DNA of 64,000 bases from Klebsormidium nitens (GCA_000708835.1 DF237154.1:79753-143752), one strand, 5' to 3'; positions 23,601 through 36,619 are shown, numbered from the stretch's first letter. Notes: generated from the sequence alone by a model not told the origin. Program-made: numbers and translations.

Positions 23601-26429
23601 TCAACCATCTCTGGGTGCTGAAATGCTCATTGCAGCGACCCAATGCGGCCTCGAGAACCGCGGTGACTGAACTTTTTGTAAAAAGCCTTTTGCGTCAGGA
23701 CAGACGTGGGTTTAGTAAAGATCAGAAAAGATGTACTTTCGCGGGAAAGGTTCCTCACCCCACTCGAGGATCCCAAGCGGCGCATATGCTGCCGCGACGA
23801 CCTTGCCCCGGTAGTCCTTCTCGTTCTGGAAGCCAGTCTTGTTCAAGATAGCCTGCACGAGTCCAAGTTCTCTGTCATCAGTCTGCAAGCCCTCATTCTC
23901 GTTTGAGCAGGTTGCCATGAAAAGGCGCGCAGAATTGGCCCACAGCGGAGCGTTGAAAAGTCTCTTCACAGTGGGTTTTCGATGTTGTAAACCTCCAATC
24001 TCGTTTCTGTGTGGCCGCTGATGTCTGCTAGCTTTCCGTTGCCCATTCCACAATTCCTGGTGCACACAAATCCTTGCATCATCAGTCGAATCCGGAGCAC
24101 CCGCTTCTGCACCAAGCGTCAACCCCGCAAGCACAGCAATCTTGAAACTTGACAACAACGATCATGCGTTGAACTGCTCAAAAGGCGCTGCGGAAATGTA
24201 GATCATGTATTCCCGAACGTACTAAACAAACTGCTTTGCCGCGGACTCGTTTCGCCCTAGCTCGCCCACCTTTTCCAGCGCCCGATCGGACTGCCACGGC
24301 TGCACGTGCGGCGCGAGCGGGTCCCGGCTGGGGGGCAGCACGAGGCGCAGCGCCCCGGTGCCCGGGTCGACCACCCCGAGCAAAACCTCCCCCGTCGACT
24401 GCAGCCCCACCCCGTCCAGAACTAGATCGTGGAACTTTTTCGCGTCCAGCGTCACGTGCACGTACCCGATCACGACGCCGCTCCCGACCGGGAAGATGAT
24501 GGGCGCGCTGGCGGTCAGGACGAGCCCCCGGGACGAGTTCACCGGGAGCGAGAACGGGGTGACGTCATCAAGGATGGCGTCAGCGGCAGTGGCGTTGGAC
24601 GTCCTGAGCAGGGCCGTGCGGTTGGCGTCGTAGATGACGATCGAGCGGACGTCCGGGAGGACCGACGCGGCGGTCCGTAAGTCGTTGACGCCCACCTGGG
24701 GCGGGGCGAAGCCATGTCGGAGGAAGAAGAAAGACTCCAGCTCCGTACAAACCTTATCGGATGGGTTCGATTGGCCCCTGTTTGCAAAAGGCCTTGAAGC
24801 TTGCGTTTTGCAGGTAAGCTCCAAACTGAGTGACCAAGACGACGAAGTGGGAGGCTGGTCCTTCACCCTCGCACTTCCTCCGGTACAACTTGACCTGCAA
24901 AGTGGAACAACGGAAAAGCATAGGTCGCGTCTTATCCAAGTATCAGGAAGCGGTCTGCCCATCGAGGAAGTTGCCCGCGCGTATCGGACGCTGACCTGGA
25001 CGTCCGAGGAGCCGAGGGTATCCCCCGAGTTGTGCCGCAGGAGCAGCGCGTTTATAAGCACGCGCGTCGCGATGAGGTTTAGGTTGTCGGCTTCGCTGGC
25101 GAAGTAGTGCAGCACCTCCTGCTGACGCAGCGTGACGACCGTCGTCAGCCGCCGCTCGATCTCGCTGTCAATCACCTTCTGGCTGTTGAGCCTGCGGGAA
25201 AAAAGGAACAGCGGTGATCAAATTTCATTCTTTTGGAGAATGAGGGTCTGCTCCTTAGCGCCAGGAGAAATATCCGCCGACAATGGTGGCTGACGTAGCG
25301 GTGTGCTTTTGGGGTATTGCAAATGGAGAATGGAAAATGGGGTAGCTAGCACAAAAGCTGGGTAAATCACAAAGGGCCCTCGTCTAGGGCCTTTGATTTT
25401 AAAAGGGTGAAAGTAAGCAACAACAATAGTGCTTCTCAAGGGGAGGTTGAGTCCAGCAATAATTATCTTCCCATCACACAAGGAACCCTGCCGGAGTAGG
25501 GCGGTGGTATGCTGTTCTCAGGATGGCTTGGTTGCTTGGAACAGTCACCCTTCGGAGCGCCTACTAAGTGCCCCTTACAAGCGCCATCCAGCAGCGGCTG
25601 AGCTCTGTCGCTTGTCCTCTTTGAAAAGGTATCCATCTCACAGATGATTTCTTGGACCCAAGACACGCAACGTGAACCACCAATTCGGAAAGAAGAGCTC
25701 GATGTAACTCTCGCGAACCTGACAAAGTTTGAATGAACCCCACCCATCACCAATGGACCAGACCTCAAGGAGTGCAAAACATTGGTCCTCATGACACCCG
25801 TCGAACAGATGCTCCATAAAGGTCGCACCCGCTGATGGGCGGACGCGCTTGTGCACTCACCAGAGGACGAGCGCCATGGACCCGGACGAGACCACCACGA
25901 GCACCGCGACGAACAGCGTCAGCTGCAGCGCGATCGAGAACGGCACGCGCTTCTTCCGTTTCGTGCCCAGGTCCAGCGATACCCCCGGCGCGGCCGTCGA
26001 CATCGCGCCTCCCCGCGTCCAGCTACGCCGAGCCCGGGTCCCGCGCTCCGACTCGGGTGCGCTCGCGCGCGGGCTGCGCGACTCCTGATGCCAGCTGCCG
26101 CGCGCTTGAGGATCATCGGAGGGGTGCTCTTCGTCGCTGGCCGGGGAGGCGGGTGTCTCGCGGGACAAACGGCTCGGGAAGAGAGCAAGCCGGGGGCGGG
26201 GCCGCACGGGGAAGGAGTGCGCTTCCGCGTCGGCACCGGAACGAGCGCCAGCTGGTTGCGCACTGCTCATTTCCTTCGGAGTTGTAGCTGAGGTCCTCTG
26301 ACCTCTCCTAAGATTCGGCATCTCCAGCTGTACGTCCGTTTGCATAACAAAGGTCTGCCCGCTTTCCAGGTTGACAGACGGCTCCGTGGGACTTCCCGCG
26401 GAGTCTGCGGTAGCTTCTTCTAGGGCCAT
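17651..26429 (-). CDS. Membrane hybrid sensor histidine kinase, TM-Cache-TM-HAMP-HisKA-HATPase_c-REC-REC, ~1193 aa. 15 exons: 26429-25861, 25191-24996, 24695-24270, 23852-23759, 23520-23217, 22832-22667, 22448-22418, 22097-22006, 21526-21313, 20975-20850, 20383-20130, 19547-19227, 19090-18806, 18574-18414, 17993-17651.
   Basis: H-box [20 protein letters not shown]; [10 protein letters not shown]; N-box [17 protein letters not shown]; G1 VKDTGIGI; F-box [22 protein letters not shown] (G2); two receivers (VLIVDD..VLAD..T..KP and VTEDN..ILMDVQMP..MTAH..SKP); HAMP segment [34 protein letters not shown]; two hydrophobic helices. All introns GT-AG; exon sum 3582 nt, in frame. The start codon is the least certain part. 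Confidence 0.92.
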
Positions 26430-27910
26430 CGCGGGCAGTCAGCGGTCCTCCCCAACTATAGTGTGCAACCCTCGTCCGAGGACATTATCCACACCATCGG
26501 CAGGTATGTCCTTGTGGACGTTTGGGGCTTTCGAAAAGCAACTCAATGTTTTGGTACGGGCCCTGCTTCCCAGTTGTAGATTGGTATTCCTGGGCCTTGG
26601 ACCTTACGAGTCTCACCCCGCTTTACTCACAAGGGCCGAAGTGCTCTGCAGGAGGCACAAGAAGACAGGCTTGCCCGTCAACCCGTCTTCAAGCTCTGAT
26701 TCGATGTCTTTTCGTGAAGATGCGAAGATTGGTTTAAGAGGTGGTGAGTCTCATTGTCTCAGTTTTGCAAAGGCAGTGCAGCATCCTTTTGGTTTCGCCA
26801 CAATGACTTCTGGCTTTGCTTTGTCTACGGCCCGGCTATGGAAGGACGCGCTGAGTCAGCCCAGGTGGCATTCTTCCAAGGTGCCTCCACACAGTGCCAA
26901 AGTGGACGATACCCCTGATTCTTAGGAATCAAACAAAAGCAGTGCCCATTTATAACGCGTTTGCAGCCCCGAAGTTAAGTCAACATGTTTATGTCTGAGA
27001 CCGCGCAAGTGGGCAAGTAGCTTGCTCACCTTTACTGAAGGATTGAGTGTAAGGCAGAGCCTCTGTGCAAAAGCAACTCGGTTTCACACTGATGCCCCCA
27101 TCCTTACTACGAAGTGGACGTCAGCAAAGACTCAATCTGCCGACTCGTTCTGCACGCTTGCATATGCGAATGTGTGGCTGCGTCCCATGCCTGTTTAAAC
27201 CAACCACCGAAAACAGCTTAAACGTCTTTGATCAGTCTAACTGACCATTGGCCTGTATGAAGGAGGCTGCTCTGCTCTGCAGGCTGTAGGTTCAGGAACT
27301 GTGACGCTTCCTTGGACAGTATTCATGATCGATCCTATGAGGAAGATTGAGGGCCAGGAAGTCAACCTCGCCTTGCCTGGGAAGTTCTGCGAGGTAATCT
27401 TGGAAACCCCTAGACTGCGCCACAACTATATTGAAATGGATATCAGAATCTGAGAATCTGATACACTAGACTTTGATTCCCTTCCCAAGCTGATACTAGG
27501 TGTTCGCATCACTCTAGTTCGCAAGATCTTAAGCACCCAGATGCGCCAGGTTAATTCTTTAACTGAAACTGAAGGGGACTATCGCATCATCTGACATGGG
27601 CCAGGCTTCCTGGCCACTCATATTGCAGCCTCGTCGTAATCGGAGGATTGTCAGATGCAATGATCACTGAGCACGTGTCTTCAAGCTACCTCGATTAGCC
27701 CATTGAGCAGCTATCATTGCGTCAGCATGTCGCGAGACCATGGCTTACGGTAAAGCTGGCACTGATCCAGCATTGCTCTTGCTGATAAACTGGTAAAGTA
27801 GGCAGCTATGCTTTCAACCCGTGGCAACATATGGCCGCGGGGCGCCACCGGAAGCAAATCAGTTAGGCAGCGATGCGCGCGCGATTCAGAGGTAACCCGC
27901 AACCACTGCG

Positions 27911-28373
27911 GTACGGTACCCCGTTGCTGATGGGCTCTCCTCCGGACCCTTCGGTTGGCGCCTGCCTGCCGGCCGGCAGCTCTGAACTGTTCAGGCTCAG
28001 CTTTCATCGAAATGAACCGCCATTTTGCCCTTAACTTCGATATAAGGTAGGTACCGGTAACCGCAGTCCGGACCCACCGATGCCGTGACCAGTCCCGAGT
28101 TGGTACCAGAGTAACCAGACCTTGGAACCGTACGGTATTAAATAGCGGAAGTACCTACGGCCGCGGTACCGGGTATCATCACGTGCGATGGTACTTGGTA
28201 CTCCCAGCACTTACCTACATACCTACCGTAGTATGTACCAACCGGGAGCGAGGTCGCCACGTGGACCAAGTTTACTGTACCACTTTCTGTGACCCCTTGG
28301 CTGCAAAACTGGTACCGTGTGAAGGCCAGTACGGTACCTAGGTACACATTAGCCTTAGGTCCACTTAGTGTAC
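27911..28373. promoter_or_regulatory. GTAC-dense intergenic tract between the divergent histidine kinase and RWA genes
   Basis: 16 GTAC tetramers counted in 463 bp, against about 2 expected for equal base frequencies. Regulatory function is not demonstrated. Confidence 0.3.
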
Positions 28374-28788
28374 AGGAGTCTCTGAGTCTGAGGTGGCTAG
28401 GTCCAAGGCTCCAAGCTCGCATTTTCCCATTCTCAGGGAAGCATTGTTGATCTGACCCGCATTCAAGCTGTCTACCTGGCCTGGCCTGGATGAGCTGAGG
28501 ACGCCGCCTCTCTCTGCTGGCGAGCGCTTGCAGCCCTCTAGTTGGGGCCAGAATATAGGTAGCTTCAACTCTTTGCATCCCACTGCTGAAGAAAGGAGTC
28601 CAATCAGACTGTTCCTGCTTTGGTGAGAGGCCCTTTTAAATGCTCCAAGAAACTGACTGACCTCTGAAGATGTCAAACGGAGCTGGTTGCTTACAGCGCT
28701 GAAGGGCACCTTGACTAGGATGAGAGGGTGATTCAATCAAGAGTCTGTCAAAACAATCAAAGGCGGGATCTCAGGCGAGGGTGGAAGC

Positions 28789-31700
28789 ATGGCTGCTACA
28801 GACATGACAACTTCCCAGGTAATGTGCTCAGTCTTGTAGATCTGTTGGAAGTCTTCTGTAAGAATGCTCTTTCTTTTGTGTCGCAACCTCCCTGTGACTT
28901 TTTGGAGCTGATTAGACATGACATACGACATACGAAGGTCCCTGTGACTTTTTGGAGCTGATTAGACATGACATACAAGAGACGAGACAGACCAAGCGTT
29001 TGAGCTTCCATCTTACATGGTGTGCCTGGTGCCTGGTGCAAGCTGCAATGTGAATCTTATGCTACAGGTGCCAACCAATGATTGCAGCTTCTGAATCACA
29101 AGCTGCCAGAACCTTTCCAACATGGCTGATCATGCTTCGCTGCCTCCTTTTGTTTCTTGAGATCCTAGGGTTTGTGTTGAGGCAATTAATATCTTTGATG
29201 CACCGAGAGCTCTAGGAGTCTCAGCATTGCTATCTTGCTTGATTGCCATGCTTGGTATGCCCTCCATCAGCCCAATCATAGTGTCTCACCATTGCCCGTT
29301 CACAAATATAAACCCAGCATTCACTCACAATAGTCAACCAATCATGTAACACAATGTGCTCAATCCGTGCAGCTTGCTTTCCTTACGGGCCTGCTGTATG
29401 CCACCATAGCCTGGGTGTATGCAGAGTGGTTGGAATGGAAAGGGGACGGCAAGCGGGAGGTTAAAGCGGACGAGGAGTAAGCGATCCGCACCGTGTGTGA
29501 CCCTTAAACTGTGGTTTCATGTGCTGGTTTCACCTCAGAACAGCAGGATGCAGCTTGCGAATCACTTCCCATCTGTCGAGCTTGCATCGGAGCTAATGTA
29601 CTTGAAAGCTGATAGCAGCCATGTTTTTATTGCTTTCTGCAACAACCACTGATGGGATGCAGCTCGAAAAGGCTTTCTCTGCATCTGTTTCCCCGGGCTA
29701 CGGGTCATCCTTCTTGCCGTTCTTCCTAGATTTCTCACTTCTCACGTCACTTGAACACCCAGTTTGAAGAGCCCTGAGTTGTGGCATTGCTTTCTGAGTC
29801 TAAATGTGTCCCCTGAGAGCCTTCTTCATGTACGATCACAGGAGCTTACCGCTACACACGACCAAGTCGCATGGGGGGGAGCATGACAGCTTGGTGAGCA
29901 AGGATGTGGTGCCGGCGTCCGCAGTAGAGATGGGCGCCACCGGACACTTGTACAGGTGGGGCATTCGAACCTAGCTGCATGGCGATGGGAATGACGGATG
30001 TGCTGAGGGAAGATGCTGCTTGCGCTGATTGTTTGCCCGGCAATGAGCTGAAGAGAGGGCGTGCTGTCGCCCACTCTTGGCATGTTGCTTGATAGGTGCT
30101 TGTATCCATCTCTGCAAGGAAACAGCGATGTGCATCTGATCAGATGACAAAGGGGGAGAATCAAGTTTAAGCACACATCAGCTACAGAAGGCTCCCTTCC
30201 ACTGGTGCACAGCCTTCCAGAGTGCCGCACAGAAGAGGGGGAGCCGGTACTGTCTTGTCGCGGAGTTCGCACTTCCATCTCTACTCATTCTGTGCCTTTG
30301 ACGTGGTTACAGAGAGTACAGGGAGACAGCTTGAATCCTCATGAGAGACGCTGCACACCACGGTATGCATTAATGCCCGCGACATTCCATTGCGCATGCA
30401 GATTTGCTACTCTCGATGGGGCATACCTGCTGGAGCATCGGCTCACTCTGCGCGCCATGTGAGTACTCCGCTTATAACGCTGTCCATTTGTCGTCCTTCT
30501 CGAACTATCTCAACCTTAATGACAACCTTATTGACCTTCGTTCGATTACGAATACCTGACCACCATACGCAGGTGCTGAAACCTTGAAATTGCCCCCTGT
30601 TATTACTGTATGACGCGAGACTCTCAGCGGGAAGCGACGTGCTGATGCCCATCCTTGTACCTGCAGTGTCGAGTTTGGTGGTCTGCTTGTCTACATGATG
30701 CTGTGCGACCGAACGAGCCTCTTCCCTGAAGCACAGCGGGTGAGACCCCTGCAGAATCATAACGCTTACACATCCCCTCGCTGATCTGCATCAGTTCGGA
30801 CCAGGTCGTACATTTCACTTTATTGCATTCCGTGTCTTGTAATGACTTGCAAAACCTGCGGCCTTTGCCCACGGTGAGTGGGGGCAGGTAACATGGTGTT
30901 GATCAGGCAGAAGCACACTGCTGGGAAGAGCAGCGGAAATGCAGGACGATAGCGGACTTCTCCTGTGGGGTCACATGCTCCAAGGCCTTTGATCCATTGC
31001 ACCCTTGAATGCACGAGCAGTCAGTGAGTAGTTGGAACTTCTTCGAACCCCTTGTCATTTGAAACGCAAGAACCTCAAAAGGCATCCCTTTTGGTCTTTC
31101 CTCTGACGCTGCTGCGCGGGTGCCCAGTCGTACAGCCGGGACCTGTTCATGTTCATCTACCTACTCCTCTGCCTGGCGGCGGCCTTCACGTCCCTCAAGA
31201 AGCACGCGGGCAGCAGCCCCAGCGTGGACTACTTGAACCGCCACCAGACCGAGGAGTGGAAGGGCTGGATGCAGGTGGGCCGTTCTTAGTCTTGACAGAT
31301 GCCAGATTATGTCGACCAGGGAAGGATCGAATAGCGCATGTGTATGCTGCAGGGGCAGCGAAACTGGGGGATCCCTGGTGTCTTGGCCTTCGATTTCTGG
31401 TGGGGTTGGTTGGGTTACCAAGCTGTAGACATTCCAACAGCTGTTCACTGAGTCAAAAGAGGAGGAGACACGCATGTCCGAGTTTCAGATCAGTGCCCAC
31501 AGGGGCTGCCGTTCTTAGATCAGCGGGTCCACTGATTGACTGGAATGATTGCCATCAACGGTCGAGGCAGCTTGGGATGATACAATGAGGCAGGTGCAGA
31601 TGGAAAGGTGGAAGTTGAAGACCTTCTTCCTCGGCCCTTTGTCATCAAGCACACGTTCTGCAATAACTGGCGACCTTAAGTCATGGATGGAAGCATCACC

Positions 31701-34700
31701 GACATCTGTGAAAGATACCACGGCGTGAAGCGAGCCAACTCTTGTCGCTGAGGAGGTAATTCCGAACAGCGATTCAGTACCGCATCTCACTCCTCCAAAG
31801 GTCTACTTTCAGTTGAACCCTTGCGCCTCCCTCACTTTGTCGTGCAGATCTTGTTTCTGCTTTACCACTACTTCGTGGCCAAGGAGATGTACAACGCGAT
31901 CCGCGTGTTCATCGCGGCGTATGTCTGGATGACCGGCTTTGGCAACTTTTCGTACTACTACGTGCGCAAGGACTTCAGCATCGGCCGCTTCTGCCAGGTC
32001 AGTCAGCATCTGATTGCAGCATATGAGGCAAAGGACACGGTTGTCCAAATCTAATCACTCGAACGGTTGTTGCCTCCGTTGATATCCTGTTAGACAGCCC
32101 CAGCCAACAAACAAAACGAGACTGACAGCTGCCTCGTTTCAGTTCGGGGCATCAACAGCTTGTGTACGAACGCGAATATGCTCACTCATGTGGCTCGGTA
32201 AGTCGAGCGGTAGCCGTTGCAGCAACCGTAGTTGTAACTCTTTGGGGATAAGGTGGTGAAGTCAGGCCAGAAAAAAGATGGAGAAAGCAGAACGGTACTA
32301 TGGCTGGCTTGTGCATAGCCAGTCGGACAGAGGAGGACAGGAGCTCCTCGCAACAAAAGAGAGGCAAATAATGTCAGCAACTTAATGTCAAGCATCCCAC
32401 ACTGTCTTCCTGGTTTTTGGAAGGTTGGAAAACTTCGTAGGTTGAAGCTCTTAATCATTCACCCGGATCAGCACAAGGCTTGCAATTGGAGAAATCTGGG
32501 GACTCGGGACTCGTGCGCCCTCGATTCCGCGGTACTTCAAAGCGGGTGGGGGTTCATCGAAACGTGAGTGATCACGTCAACCGTCACTCTCCTAACGACC
32601 CCTGGCTACTCCTGTGCGCGCAGATGATGTGGCGGCTCAACTTCCTGGTCTTCTTCTGCTGCGTGACGTTGAACAACGACTACATGCTGTACTACATCTG
32701 CCCCATGCACACGCTCTTCACGCTCATGGTCTTCGGCATCTGCGCCATCGGGGCAAAGTACAACGAGAACAACCTCGTAATCTACCTCAAATTTGCAGGT
32801 AGGGCTCGCTCCCTTCGCAATTCAGAGACATTTCCGCATGATCTGAATTCCGTTTATTACACACTGGAGGCGTAGCAGTAGCTGTATTTCTCGGTCTTCT
32901 CACTGGTCCCGTTCCGGCAACGCACTTGGTCGAACTCTGAGACTTGCCAAATGAATTCCCGTTCCTCGGGAAGAATCTGAATCGAGGCTGGCCAGCATTA
33001 CTTGGCGGCTAGCCGCTTGTTGGTTGAGAAAGACTGTCGCATACGAGCACGTCTTTGTCCCCAGAAAGGGGTTCGTTTACAGTGCTGATTCTGGTTCCTG
33101 GTATCCGCACGTGAGCTCCGCTTCGATCAACAATATCAGCGCGAGATTCTGCAGGGCCGTGCAAGATGTTACTCCCAACCGAATGGATTCTCCCTCAGAC
33201 CACTCTCTCAGAATCATCCGCTCCCCCTGTGCAGTGGCGGTCGCCGTCGTAATCGGTGTGTGGGAGATCCCCGGCATGTTCGACCTGCTTTGGAGCCCCT
33301 TCACGTTCCTGGTCGCATACAACGACCCGCGTCGCCCTAGTGATGACATCATGCACGAGTGGCGCTTCCGCTCCGGCCTGGACCGCTACATCTGGATCAT
33401 CGGCATGATGTATGCCTTCGGACACCCCGTGGTAAGGGCGCGATTCTGGAGTGGTAGGATTTAAGAGCCTGGAGGTTGAGGACTAGAGTGGGCGATTTGC
33501 CTGTGCGTTATCTGTATTTCCGCAGTTGCTACGATTAGTGGGAAAGTGGGGTGTTTTCTGCCTAGCATGGCCGTTTGTTTCTTGACTGCGAAGCCGATTG
33601 ACGTGAAACATACTACACGGCAGAGAAAATGCTGCTTCAGAAGCTAGAATGTCCACGCCGTACGATCAGCATTTCACTGCTCTCTGGGAAAGCGAAGCCT
33701 TTCTGTTGGCGGAGTGCTGGCTTGAGTAGCTCAAGAGTGTCTGAGACAAGCCGTACTGCGGGTATTTTTAAGTTGTTAGTGACTTTGTCGACTGGGCAGA
33801 GCATGTGGTCCGCAGCGGGCATGCTTTGAGGTTGTCGACGTTGCGTTCCGTGGGTTGCGAGTCAGCACCGGCGGAGCTCAAGCCTGGTCCCCTCTCCTGA
33901 GAAACACGTTCCGCTGTTTCGCCCTGCCAGCAGTCTTCTTTCCACTCAGCAGGATCGAGGGCAAGCTGCAAGAAGCAATTGACGAGCTGCAACGCGCCGG
34001 TTCGTTCTCAGGAGAGAATGTTTCGGCGATCCATGCTCAGCTGTATGCCTGACGGGTGCGGCGTGTTGGTGCGCAGGTGGAGCGGTGGCTGGAGCGATTA
34101 GAAGACCTCAAGAGCACCACCCGCCAAACAGTGCGGGCCGGCCTCACGATATCAGCTCTTGCGGTGAGCGATCACGGTTTCGATTCTCCTTAGGACATTC
34201 CCACCACTTGTGCTGCTATATGAAACTAAAACCTGGTTGTGATGACAGCGTATTTGAGGGTTTGAGTTCAATTCAAGTCGCACTTGCTCTAAGTAGTTCA
34301 TCTTTCAGTACGCCGCACTACCAAAGAGTCGCACCTTGCTTGGAACGCTCTCTCAACAAGCTCCTCGTGTCTAGTCGCTTCCAGGCTCCAGAATCGCCGG
34401 AGACATTTCTTACCTCGTGCTTCCAAACATTGCCTGTTTGCAGCCACACCTAACACCCCACCAATTCACTGAATCCTTCAACCGAAAAACCTTTCTTCAA
34501 CCTTTGACATATGGAAGTGCAAGTGCTCTTCTCCTCCAAATTGTTTGCGGCTTGTCACAGTCACCCTGCCTGACTCGCCTTCTAATACAGATTCCCTGGA
34601 TCTTAAAACCTCTGGCTTGCTGGTCCGCAGGTCGGATACTACTGGTACGTCGCGTTCTATTCTTTGGGCAAGCTGGAGTACAACAAGGTCCACCCTTACA

Positions 34701-36619
34701 CCTCCTGGATTCCCATCACGTAAGTACGGCGCACACCCTCCGAAATTCTTCGGCCTTGCACCATCTTTTGCTTGAAAGACACCTGTCCAGATGTTCCTAC
34801 CGTCTATTCAGTGATTCGACGCATTTCCCGGAGGCTTAGGCTTCGCATCATTCTTGGGTTACAAGACGCCGAAGCAGATGGCGTTCAATCTATGTTCGGT
34901 GGACTGGCTCGCGCCGTCACTTATTTCGTATGGTGCATTCATACGAGCATGGGAGCAATCCGCGGACACCCTTGGCATGACGAGGGTTTCCAATCGTATC
35001 TTGATCGTTTGGCCGGTCCTAGTAAGCCTGAGACTCCGACCGTAGGTAGTGTCCAGATGCCACACCGCGGTTTGATCGGTTTAGTACTTTGGGCGCTGCC
35101 CTCGGTCTGCCTCCCAGCTCGGATCTAGTGCGTTTTTGTCTTGCTATCATAAATAGCTGGGCTTGCAGACATTTTAGGGCTCAGCTAATAGCCACTTTGC
35201 CTGCCTGAATGCGTTTCGCCGCAGATAAAGTCTTGTCGGAAACGTTCAGCTTTTCCAAACCACGTTTTGCTTTTGGCAATGCAGAGTGTACATAGTCCTG
35301 CGCAACCTGCACCCGACGCTGCGCCACTGGAGCATGACGCTGTTTGCATGGTGCGGCAAGATCACGCTCGAGACCTACATTTGCCAGTTCCACATCTGGC
35401 TGCGGTGAGGGGCCCATTCGCGCGCCACATCTCAATTCTGATGTTTCTCAGCACGCTCAGCACGAGAGTTGACGCAGCTTACGTCCGTCTTGTGAAAGAG
35501 GAAAGCGATTGGGAAAGAAGCCGGATGACCAAGGGCGTATGGTTCTTGAGCCAACGCTCAGGTTAGCCAATCATGCGTTCATACGTTAAGGAAACACTCC
35601 TGTCCAGACGACTGGAGATTATGGATCGTGCGCGCACAAAGTTGGCGCCCAATCGCCCGCCATTCGCCTTTATCGGCAGTCCCAGTTCCCATTCGGTTTG
35701 CTGCTTACTTCGACGCGATGATTCGATTGATCCCATTTGCCGGATCGAATCTCCTTCCAGTTCCCCCTGATGCGGCAGCCGTGCTTACCGGATCGTTTGA
35801 CCACCAGCTTTCGAATCGGGAGTTTAATTGATGGGCACGCTCTCCGGTCGACGCCCGACGCCCTGTGAGACAAATACTGGAGGGTGAAGAGCTGCGGCGT
35901 TGCTGCTGGAGTCGTCGATCTCATTGTCTGGCAGCGGCTGGAAGAAGCGCGCACACCCCGTTGGTGGCTGACGCTACTGCGCGCGTTGCAATTGCAGGAC
36001 GAGCATTCCCAATGGGCAGCCGGTGGCCATCCTGTCGCTGCTGCCGGAGGAGTACCCGCTCCTCAACTTCCTCTTCGTGTCCGCCATCTACATCTTCGTG
36101 AGAGCCCAACTCTTATGCCTTCATTCTCCAAGACTTCTTTCCCAAAACTGAACGTAGGAGTCACATTCGCGGGGTAGGAGAAACCCTTAAGGGGCTCAAG
36201 TTGGCTCGTCTCTAGTGGGGTTCTTGTAGATACGAAGTGTGTGCACTTGCGAGCAACAAGGCTTGGCGACCAGAGTCGCCGAGCAAGCAGCACAAGATGG
36301 GTCAGTTGTATTACGTCTGTCTCTTTCAGCAGACTGCGCGGCTGGATAGTGCTTGTGCAGAGACCATCCTGTAATATAGTAGTGAGGAGGCTCATGGCCC
36401 GTTATGGGTGTTTACACGCCTGCTCTTCGCTGATTCCGGCTCTCAATCTTGCTGCAGGTATCGAACCGGTTGTTCCATCTGGTAAACACGTTAAAGACTG
36501 CGTTCGTCCCCGCCAAGAACAATGCGGTTCTGGCACAGACAGGGATAGGAATGCTCATATCGGGGATTGTTCTATACGGGCTCACCTTCGTCTTCATCAA
36601 GTTGCCCTTGAGCCTGTAG
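28789..36619 (+). CDS. RWA: REDUCED WALL ACETYLATION / Cas1p-type O-acetyltransferase, 534 aa. 14 exons: 28789-28818, 29373-29476, 29842-29955, 30402-30458, 30667-30739, 31128-31274, 31848-31997, 32624-32798, 33235-33431, 34077-34163, 34631-34719, 35285-35404, 35998-36097, 36458-36619.
   Basis: Contains [105 protein letters not shown] and [16 protein letters not shown]. Exon sum is 1605 nt, in frame. Confidence 0.95.
28890..28976. repeat. 37-bp perfect direct repeat (period 50) in RWA intron 1
   Basis: ccctgtgactttttggagctgattagacatgacatac occurs at 28890 and 28940. Confidence 0.9.

Noticed and set aside
17651-26429. Bacterial contamination as the source of the histidine kinase
   Set aside because: It has 14 canonical spliceosomal introns and the same exon/intron style as the neighbouring genes.
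27240-27450. Stop-free plus-strand stretch (…MIDPMRKIEGQEVNLALPGKFCEVILETPRLRHNY…)
   Set aside because: Short, with no convincing splice partners or known motif.
28789-36619. Cas1 in the family name Cas1p/Cas1_AcylT
   Set aside because: Refers to Cryptococcus capsule O-acetyltransferase CAS1, which is unrelated to CRISPR Cas1.
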